Origin: Nemertoderma westbladi
Taxonomy: Eukaryota; Animalia; Xenacoelomorpha
DNA: 64,000 nucleotides
Assembly: GCA_032718475.1 (NCBI GenBank)
Contig: JAUCBJ010008278.1
Location: forward strand, 1 to 64,000
Direction of reading: 5' to 3'
Shown here: in pieces, positions 53,801 to 64,000 of the stretch
How positions within the stretch are numbered: the stretch's first letter is position 1
Layout of the letters: each line of letters begins with the position of its first letter
Program-made: the position numbers and the translations under genes
Notes under the pieces: generated by a model
The model's input: the letters and a program-made list of their open reading frames with translations, nothing else
Told to the model about the DNA's origin: nothing
Databases searched by the model: none

Positions 53801-55494
53801 CACCAGCTGTCATGGGTGTTATTTTACCATTGCGCCTATGGCGTTTTTTTCGTTTATCTCTATTTTTCGAGCCCAGAGGCTATGGACGGAGTAGCCGATC
53901 ATGCCAGGGACCTTAGAATCGCGGTATCTAGATGCTGTGAAAATTTCATCAAAATCGTTAGAGTAGTTTTGGCTGTAGATCAGCCAGCCAGCCAGCCAGC
54001 CAGTCAGCCAGCCAGCCAGCCAGTCAGTCAGTCAACAATTCTTACAGTAATCAAGTCTAACGACTTGCTAACTAGTGACGGGCCTAGCGGCCCGATAAGG
54101 AACCGACTTTTTATTTTAAATAAAAGAGACAACGAGAATTAGTATAGAACTAATAATTATCTAAAAATACAATCATATTTCATACAATAATTATTAATAA
54201 ATTCGATCCATTATTAGTTGCTCAATTCTAGAACAAAATCGACCTGCAACTAGTGAAGACCTCGTTTTGGAATTTCGAAACCACGCTGGTGCGATGCGCA
54301 ATATCGTGTTTAGTTAATAAATTGAAAACTCCATCAATTCATGTGCAATCAGTAATAAGAAATCGCGATAAATGTAATTAAATAAAAATTATTCTAGAAA
54401 AATTTTCCTCAAAAAGTATGAAATCTTGGCATTGGTGACGCGAAACTAGGCTAGTGAGATTCAGGATATTGCGTTTAATATAAAAATCGAAAACGCTATC
54501 GAATTCCGTAAAGGCGTTAATAAAATACTGCAACTTTTTTGAAATTTGTAAAATTCTAGAACTAGAAAAAAATAATTTTTGAACGGCGCTGTTTGGGGTT
54601 TCGAAACATGGATAGGCTGAAAGAGGACATCGAATTAAGTTGAAAAATGAAAACCCCATCGAATTTGGACAAAGCGTTCCGGAGTTATAGCGGATCGAAA
54701 AAAATTGACCCCCCCCAGTCGCCAAAAATTTACAGTAATTTAAAATTTTGCAAAAAAAATTTTTTGCGTTATTTTTTATGGCGAATCGATTGGCAGTACT
54801 GGCTACGAAAAATTTTTTTTGAAATTTTTGGTCAGAAAAAAAAACATGGAAAAAGTATATTCTTAAAAAGATTTGATGTCTTTGCCTATGGTCAGAGAAT
54901 GATCCAACTCTGTACTTGGCAATCGCTCAAATCCATTCAGCTGAATGGCACAGTAGAGTAAACTAAATTAAATTCCCTATACAATGTTCTGAAGGGGAGA
55001 CTGACAGAGAGTAATCCAACAATAAAACATTTTGCAATAATGTTGGCATTAATGTAGCCAACACACTGTGTACTTAAGTCATTCAGCTTACATTAGCAGA
55101 GTGAGATATTCGCATAGAATGCATTGGGAAGAGTAATTCAGCTGAGGCGATTAACTAAACCAACCAGTTAATGTTTGCTTTGACAGAGAGTGGTTGCCTA
55201 TACAAACAGTATCAGTGTACTGAGTATAATAATCTTGGCAACCTCATCGATTTATTACTAAGCCTTGTGTAGAAATGCATTACATAAGCCATTTTTCATG
55301 AGGACACCAGCTGTCATTGGTGTTATTTTACCATTGCGCCAATGGCGTTTTTTCGTTGATGTCTATTTTTCGAGACCATGGCTCATGGACGAAATAGCGG
55401 AACATACCAGGGACCTTAGAATCGCGGTATCTAGCCGCTGTGAAAATTTCATCAAAATCGTTAGAGTAGTTTTGGCTGTAGATTAGCCAGCCAG

Positions 55495-55529
<35 letters not shown>

Positions 55530-55631
55530 GCCAACAATTCTTACAGTAATGAACCTCTCGGTTCCTAACTAGTGACGGGCCTAGCGGCCCGATAAGGAAC
55601 CGACTTTTTATTTCAAATAAAAGAGACAACG

Positions 55632-56482
55632 AGCTCGGCTCGGTCTGGCATGATTGGGCTCGATTCAGTTCGACTTGGCTTGATGGGCTCGGTTTGGCTC
55701 GATTGGGCTCGACTCAGCTTGATTGGGCTCGACTCGACTCAGCTCGATTCGTCTCAATCGGCTTGATTGGGTTCGACTCGGTTCGGTCTGGCTCGACTTG
55801 GCTCAATTGGGCTCGACTCGGCTCGATTGGTCTCGACTCAGCTCGATTGGGCTTGATTGGTCTTGATTCGGCTCGATTTGGCTCAACTTGGCTCAGTCTA
55901 GCTCGACTGGGCTCGGTCCGGCTCAATTGGGCGCGACTAGGCTTGATTTGGCTCGACTCGGCTCTATTGGGCTCGACTCGATTCGATTAGGCTCAACTCG
56001 GCTCCGTCCGGCTCGACTCGGCTCGACTCGGCTTGATTGGTCTCGACTCGACTCAGTCCGGCTCAATTTGGCGTGACATGGCTCGATTGGGTTCGGCTCG
56101 GCTCGATCTGAGTCGACTCAGCTCGATTCGGCTCAATCGGCTCGATTGGGTTTGACTCGGCTCGGTTCAGCTCGACTCGGCTCAATCCACTCGACTCGGC
56201 TCGGTTTGGATTGATTTGGGCTTGACTCGGCTTGATTTGGCTCAACTTGGCACAGTATGGCTCGATTGGGCTCGACTTGGCTCGGTCCGGCTCAATTGGG
56301 CTCGACTAGGATTGATTGGGTTCGACTCGGCTCTATTGGGCTCGACTCAACTCGATTGGGCTTGTCTCGGCTCAGTTTGGATCGCTCGGCTTGATTGGGC
56401 TCAACTCGGTTCCATTCGGCTAACTCGGCTCGATTGGCTCGTCTCGGCTTGATCGCCTCGATTGGTTCTATTCGGCTCGATT
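55632..56482. repeat. Degenerate (GGCTC)n tract
   Basis: Pentamer periodicity. Confidence 0.9.
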
Positions 56483-59400
56483 GACACACGCTGCTGGAAG
56501 GGTCAAAGCCAAACCCACGTGCTGCTCGAAGGGACGAAGTCAAACAGTGAGTCTATTATTTGATGTAACTCACGTGCTGCTCGAAGGACGCAACATCATA
56601 TATCAAGGGTCAAAGCAAAACTCACGTGCTGCTCGAAGGGACAAAGTCAAACAGTGTGTCTATTATTTGATGTAACTCACGTGCTGCTCGATGGGTCAAA
56701 GCCAAACTCACGTGCTGCTCGAAGGGACAAAGTCAAACATTGTGTCTAATATTTGATTAACTCACTTGCTGCTCGAAGGGCGAGTATAGAACTAATAATT
56801 ATGTAAAAATACAATCATATTTCATACAATAATTATTAATAAATTCGATCTATTATTAGTTGCTCAATTCTAGAACAAAATCGACCTGCAACTAGTGAAG
56901 ACCTCGTTTTGGAATTTCGAAACCACGCTGGTGCGATGCGCGATATCGTGTTTAGTTAATAAATTGAAAACTCCATCAATTCATGTGAAACCAGTAATAA
57001 GAAATCGCGATAAATGTAATTAAAAAAAATTATTCTAGAAAAATTTTCCTCAAAAAGTATGAAGTCTTGGCGTTGGTGACGCGAAACTAGGCTAGTGAGA
57101 TTCAGGATATTGCGTTTAATATAAAAATCGAAAACGCTATCGAATTCCGTAAAGGCGTTAATAAAATACTGCAACTTTTTTGAAATTTGTAAAATTCTAG
57201 AACTAGAAAAAATTAAATTTTGAACGGCGCTGTTTGGGGTTTCGAAACATGGATAGACTGAAAGAGGACATCGAATTAAGTTGAAAAATAAAAACCCCAT
57301 CGAATTTGGACAAAGCGTTCCGGAGTTATAGCGGATCGAAAAAAATTGACCCCCCCCCCCCCAGTCGCCAAAAATTTACAGTAATTTAAAATTTTGCAAA
57401 AAAAATTTTTTGCGTTATTTTTGATGGCGAATCGATTGGCAGTACTGGCTACGAAAAATTTTTTTTTGAAATTTTTGGTCAGAAAAAAAAACATGGAAAA
57501 AGTATATTTTTAAAAAGATTTGATGTCTTTGCCTATGGTCAGAGAATGATCCAACTCTGTAACTTGGCAATCGCTCAAATCCATTCAGCTGAATGGCACA
57601 ATAGAGTAAACTAAAGTAAATTCCCTATACAATGTTCTGAAGGGGAGACTGACAGAGAGTAATCCAACAATAAAACATTTTGCAATAATGTTGGCATTAA
57701 TGTAGCCAACACACTGTACTTAAAGTCATTCAGCTTACATTAGCAGAGTGAGATATTCTCATAGAATGCATTGGGAAGAGTAATTCAGCTGAGGCGATAA
57801 TAGATTTCTAACTAAACCAACCAGTTAATATTTGCTTTGACAGAGTGTCCTAGGGCCTAAACAAACAGTATGGGAGTACTGAGTACAATAATCTTGGCAA
57901 CCTCATCGATTTATACTAAGCCTTGTGTAGAAATCCATTACATAAGCCATTTTTCATCACGACACCAGCTGTTATTGGTGTTATTTTACCATTGCGCCTA
58001 TGGCGTTTTTTCGTTTATGTCTATTTTTCGAGCCCACGGCTCATGGACGAAATAGCGGAACATACAAGGGACCTTAGAATCGCGGTATCCAGCCGCTGTG
58101 AAAATTTCATCAAAATCGTTAGAGTAGTTCTGGCTATAGATTAACCAGCCAGCCAGTCAATCAATCAATCAGCCAACAATTCTTACAGTAATGAACCTCT
58201 CGGTTCCTAACTAGTGACGGGCCTAGCGGCCCGATAAGGAACCGACTTTTTATTTCAAATAAAAGAGACAACGAGAATTAGTATAGAACTAATAATTATG
58301 TAAAAATACAATCATATTTCATACAATAATTATTAATAAATTCGATCTATTATTAGTTGCTCAATTCTAGAACAAAATCGACCTGCAACTAGTGAAGACC
58401 TCGTTTTGGAATTTCGAAAACACTCTGGTGCGATGCGCGATATCGTGTTTAGTTAATAAATTGAAAACTCCTTCAGTTCATGTGCAACCAGTAATAAGAA
58501 ATCGCGATAAATGTAATTAAATAAAAATTATTCTAGAAAAAATTTCCTCAAAAAGTATGAAGTCTTGGCATTGGTGACGCGAAACTAGGCAAGTGAGATT
58601 CAGGATATTGCGTTCATTATAAAAATCGAAAACGCTATCGAATTCCGTAAAGGCGTTAATAAAATACTGCAACTTTTTTGAAATTTGTAAAATTCTAGAA
58701 CTAGAAAAAATTAATTTTTGAACGGCGCTGTTTAGGGTTTCGAAACATGGATAGGCTGAAAGAGGACATCGAATTAAGTTGAAAAATGAAAACCCCATCA
58801 AATTTGGACAAAGCATTCCGGAGTTATAGCGGATCGAAAAAAATTGACCCCCCCCCCAGTCGCCAAAAATTTACAGTAATTTAAAATTTTGCAAAAAAAA
58901 TTTTTTGCGTTATTTTTGATGGCGAATCGATTGGCAGTACTGGCTACGAAAAATTTTTTTTTGAAATTTTTGGTCAGAAAAAAAAACATGGAAAAGTATA
59001 TTTTTAAAAAGATTTGATGTCTTTGCCTATGGTCAGAGAATGATCCAACTCTGTAACTTGGCAATCGCTCAAATCCATTCAGCTGAATGGCACAGTAGAG
59101 TAAACTAAAGTAAATTCCCTTTACAATGTTCTGAAGGGGAGACTGACAGAGAGTAATCCAACAATAAAACATTTTGCAATAATGTTGGTCTTAGCCTTAC
59201 AGAGTATCAGTATAAGGCTGAGTAAACATTCCACCTTATAAGCATACAGCCTCCACAGTATTAATGTTGGCATTAATGTAGCCGATACACTGTATACCTA
59301 ATAGTCATTCAGCAGGGGGAAGAGTTATTCAGCTGAGGCGGTAATAGATTGCAAACTAAACCAACCAGTTGGCAGCCTCATCGATTTATACTAAGCCTGT

Positions 59401-60280
59401 GTAGAACCACAAACTAAATCAACCAGTTAATATTTGCTTTGACAGAGTGTCCTAGGGCCTAAACAAACAGTATGGGTGTACTAAGTACAATAATCTTGGC
59501 AACCTCATCGATTTATACTAAGCCTTGTGTAGAAATCCATTACGTAAGCCATTTTTCATCACGACACCAGCTGTTATTGGTGATATTTTACCATTGCGCC
59601 TATGGCGTTTTTTCGTTTATGTCTATTTTTCGAGCCCACGGCTCATGGACGAAATAGCGGAACATACCAGAGACCTTAGAATCGCGGTATCCAGCCGCTG
59701 TGAAAATTTCATCAAAATCGTTAGAGTAGTTTTGGCTATAGATTAGCCAGCCAGTCAGCCAGCCAGTCAGCCAGTCAGCTAACAATTCTTACAGTAATGA
59801 ACCTCTCGGTTCCTAACTAGAGACGGCGTCAAGACGCCGTTAAGCAAGTCGGAAGTCATCAATCAAATATAAATTCCCTCAACAATGTTTACCTATGGTC
59901 AGAATGGAAGGGCTATTTACCTATGGTCAGAGAGAGATCCCACTCTGTAATTTGGCAATTGCTCAAATTCATTCAGTTGAATGGCACAGTAGAGTGAACT
60001 AAACTAAATTCCCTCAACAATGTTTGGCTATGGTCTGAAAGAACTAACAGTCATTCAGCTTGCACAATGTCAATCACCTACAGTATAAAACATTTAGAAT
60101 GCCACAGTGTGTATCCTGATACAGATAATAAGCAGTGATATATATATTTCAAACTATAATGTTAGTGTTAGCCTTACACAGTATCAGTATGAGGCTGAGT
60201 AAACATTCCACCTTATAAGCATACTGCCTCCACAGAATTAATGTTGGCCGAAAGATTTAAAAATAAAACAATTATTATTA

Positions 60281-60614
60281 TTAGCAAGTCGTAGGACTTG
60301 ATTACTGTAAGAATTGTTGGCTGATTGACTGGCTGGCTGGCTGGCTGACTGGCTGGCTGGCTGGCTGGCTGATCTACAGCCAAAACTACTCTAACGATTT
60401 TGATGAAATTTTCACAGCGGCTAGATACCGCGATTCTAAGGTCCCTGGTATGTTCCGCTATTTCGTCCATGAGCCGTGGGCTCGAAAAATAGACATAAAC
60501 GAAAAAACGCCATAGGCGCAATGGTAAAATAACACCAATGACAGCTTGTTGATGGAATTTACATTTGATTGATGACTTCCGACTTGCTTAACGGCGTCTT
60601 GACGCCGTCTCTAG
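60281..60614 (+). mobile_element. 334-bp minimal family-B element inserted in inverted orientation into another B unit
   Basis: TTAGCAAGTC...GACGCCGTCTCTAG. The empty site in sibling units is attattattA|Taaatacag; no TSD. Confidence 0.95.
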
Positions 60615-61321
60615 TAAATACAGTGCAATCCAATAGTACCCAACACACTGTGTAACTAACAGTCAATCAGCTTACACGTCAATTAACATAGAAGAGAGAG
60701 TAACCTTGTAGATCGCCATAGAAAGCATTGGGAAGAGTTATTCAGCTGAGGCTGTAATAGCCGGCTAACCCAGTGAATGATTATAAAGTTGGCACTGTAT
60801 GTACTTCCTTGTTAGGTGGCTCCCTATAGAATAGCAAACCAACCAGTTGATGTTTGTTTGCACAGAGTGGTTGGTAGGGCCTAAACAAACAGTATGGGTG
60901 TACTGAGTACAATAATCTTGGCAACCTCATCGATTTATACTAAGCCTTGTGTAGAAATCCATTACATAAGCCATTTTTCATCACGACACCAGCTGTTATT
61001 GGTGTTATTTTACCATTGCGCCTATGGCGTTTTTTTCGTTTATGTCTATTTTTCGAGCCCAGCGGCTCATGGACGAAGTAGCGGAACATACCAGGGACCT
61101 TAGAATCGCGGTATCTAGCCGCTGTGAAAATTTCATCAAAATCGTTAGAGTAGTTTTGGCTGTAGATCAGCCAGCCAGCCAGCCAGCCAGTCAGCCAGCC
61201 AGCCAGCCAGTCAGTCAGTCAACAATTCTTACAGTAATCAAGTCTAACGACTTGCTAACTAGTGACGGGCCTAGCGGCCCGATAAGGAACCGACTTTTTA
61301 TTTCAAATAAAAGAGACAACG

Positions 61322-62284
61322 AGCTCGGCTCGGTCTTGCACGATTGGGCACGATTTAGTTCGACTTGGTTTGATCGGCTCGGTTTGGCTCGATTAGGCTC
61401 GGCTCGGCTCGATCTGACTCGACTCAGCTTGATTCGGCTCAATCAGCTCGATTGGGTTCGACTCGGCTCGGTCCAGCTCGACTTGGCTCAATTGGGCTCG
61501 ATTCAGCTCAATCTGCTCGACTCAGCTCGAATCGGCTCAATTGGGATTGATTGGGCTTGACTCGGATCGATTTGGCGCAACTTGGCTCAGTCTGGCTCGA
61601 TTGGGCTCGACTTGGCTCGGTCCGGCTCAATTGGGCTCGACTAGGCTTGATTGGGCTCGACCCGGCTCGATTGGGCTCGACTCGATTCGATTTGGGCTTG
61701 ACTCGGCTCAGTCTGGCTCGACTCGGCTCGATTGGGCTCGACTCAGCTTGATTGGGCTCAATCCGGGCTCAATTTGGCGTGACACGGTCGACACGGCTCG
61801 GCTCGGCTCGGATCGGCTTGGCTCGGCTCGGCTCGGCTCGGCTCGGATCGGCTCGGCTCGGCTCGGCCCGGCTCGGCTCGGCTCGGTCTGAGTCGACTCA
61901 GCTCGATTCGGCTCGATTGGGTTCGACTTGGCTCGGTCCGGCTTGACTAGGCTCAATTGGGCTCGATTCGGCTCAATCGACACGACTCGGCTCGAATGGG
62001 ATTGATTGGGCTTGACTTGGCTCGATTTGGCTCAACTTGGCTCAGTCCGGCTCAATTGGGTTCGACTTGGCTCGGTCCAGCTCAATTGGGCTCGACTAGG
62101 CTTGATTGGGCTCGACTCGGCTCTATTGGGCTCGACTCGACTCGATTGGGCTTGACTCGGCTCAGTCTGGCTCGACTCGGCTTAATTGGGCTCAACTCGG
62201 CTCTGTTCGGCTCGATTGGGCTCGACTCGGCTTGATCACCTCGATTGGTTCTATTCGGCTCAATCGGTATGATTCGGCTCGATT
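61322..62284. repeat. Degenerate (GGCTC)n tract
   Basis: Pentamer periodicity. Confidence 0.9.
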
Positions 62285-64000
62285 GACACACGATGCTGGA
62301 AGGGTTAAAGCCAAACTCACGTGCTGCTCGAAGGGACAAAGTCAAACAGTGTGTCTATTATTTGATGTAACTCATGAGCTGCTCGAAGGGCGCAACATCA
62401 TATATCAAGGGACAAAGCAAAACTCACGTGCTGCTCGAAGGGACAAAGTCAAACAGTGTGTCTATTATTTGATGTAACTCACGCGCTGCTCGAAAGGCGC
62501 AAATACATTATATCGAAGGGTCAAAGCCAAACTCACGTGCTGCTCGAAGTGACAAAGTCAAACATTGTGTCTAATATTTGATTAACTCACGTGCTGCTCG
62601 AAGGGCGCAACTACATATATCGAAACAAGCCCCTGTCTTGTATTTTAATTATAACAGAAATCCTTGCCTTCAGTACAAAATATCTAAAAATTAATTTACC
62701 TGAAGTATGGGTAACATTATAAATTCGCTTTTCACACACAGTAGTTAACTAAAGCAAATACCATTCAGGTTGACTGAATGATTTTATTAATGTTTGCCAT
62801 GCATAATGTACTATATTTGGGTCCCATGGCCCACCCCATTGAACAGCTTTGCTTACATCTGATAGAGAGTAATCCCAAATTAACTTCCCTCTACGAAAAT
62901 TATTTTAATTAAATACATACAACATAGCAGACAACTCTGCAATCAACAGTACGCAATAACTAAAATGGCATTCAGCTTACCAGCTATTCGCATTAAGCTA
63001 ATAGATATTCGATTTCATTCGATTCATTGAGTGTGTGAGGGCTATTGGGAGAGCAATCAGCTTATGATGTAATACATTAGAATCCCACGGCTTTTGTTTG
63101 CTTACTGTCTGAGTTGTAGAGTGAGGATAATACTTGGCAGAGAAAGCATTTCCTTGTTAGGTGGCCATTCCTATAGAATAGCATTACTAGGCTATCTCGA
63201 TCCATTTTTCATGAGTGCCAGCTGGTGTTTTTATCATTGCGCCTATGGCGTTTTTTCGTTTATGTCTATTTTTCGAGCCCACGGCTCATGGACGAAATAG
63301 CGGAACATACCAGGGACCTTAGAATCCGGTCAGCCAGCCGCTGTGAAAATTTCATCAAAATCGTTAGAGTAGTTTTGGCTATAGATTAACCAGCCAGTCA
63401 ATCAGCCAACAATTCTTACAGTAATGAACCTCTCGAACCTCTCGGTTCCTAACTAGTGACGGCGTCAAGACGCCGTTAAGCAAGTCGGAAGTCGTCAATC
63501 AAAGGTAAGTTCCCTCAACAATGTTTACCTTTGTTCAGAAGGGAAGTGTTATTTATCTATGGTCAGAGAGAGATCCCACTCTGTAATTTGGCAATTGCTC
63601 AAATCCATTCAGCTGAATGACTCAGTAGAGTAAACTAAAGTAAATTCCCTCAGCCTCAACAATGTTTGCCTATGGTGTGAAGGGAATCTGACAGAGAATA
63701 ATCTTAGCCACTAAATGTCATTCACCTAACAAAGCATTTTGAATGCCGCAGTGATTAACCCAATACAGATAATAAGCAGTTATTTTTATATTTCAAACTA
63801 TAATGTTAGTGTAAGCCTTACAGAGTATCAGTATGAGGCTGAGTAAACATTCCGCCTTATAAGCATACAGCCTCCACAGTATTAATGTTGGCATTAATGT
63901 AGCCGATACACTGTATACCTAATAGTCATTCAGCAGGGGGAAGAGTTATTCAGCTGAGGCGGTAATAGATTGCAAACTAAACCAACCAGTTGGCAGCCTC

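Larger units (their letters stand above)
26324..64000 (-). mobile_element. Head-to-tail array of ~26 non-autonomous Helitron/Helentron-like rolling-circle elements of two terminal families (A and B)
   Basis: On the minus strand each unit starts TTAG, has a 5' hairpin, a (CTGG/CTGA)n microsatellite and a Lep1/HINE-like core (ACGATTTTGATGAAATTT), and ends subTIR + GC hairpin + CTAG. Plus-strand unit starts: 26324, 27798, 29271, 31071, 32566, 34366, 35474, 36971, 38660, 40131, 41238, 43317, 44821, 46330, 47826, 49299, 50407, 51858, 52965, 54072, 55569, 58211, 59817, 61259, 63453. Partial units at 32187 and ~41976. Confidence 0.9.

Noticed and set aside
29501-62477. Many ARLGS/AEPSR ORFs and recurrent 60-170-aa ORFs in the array
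   Set aside because: Products of GGCTC pentamers and repeated non-coding units. Frames are broken by indels between copies, and there are no Rep or helicase motifs.

Overview
Eukaryotic, most likely invertebrate-animal, heterochromatin-like DNA made almost entirely of mobile elements; no host gene is recognisable. Positions 1-22.5 kb are a nested stack. A decayed Ty3/Gypsy pol (- strand) is split by two insertions. The first is a complete 14.45-kb BEL/Pao LTR element (4454-18903, 1.6-kb LTRs, TATTA target-site duplication). It keeps gag-protease, lacks the RT, RNase H and integrase core, contains a piggyBac-like insert, and carries two extra ORFs (a WRN/DnaQ-like 3'-5' exonuclease and a CCHC zinc-knuckle protein). 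Its LTRs hold an array of K-turn/UUCG-like hairpin repeats plus 24-27-nt motifs that recur exactly inside its own ORFs. The second is a CCC-ended TIR element containing a CRE-like non-LTR fragment. Positions 22.5-26.3 kb contain minisatellites and a small inverted-repeat element. From 26324 to the window end is a head-to-tail, single-orientation array of about 26 non-autonomous Helitron/Helentron-like elements. They belong to two terminal families, each with its own cognate subterminal inverted repeat and hairpins, and are joined at precise CTAG|TTAG junctions. All calls come from reading the sequence by eye; no alignments or database searches were run.
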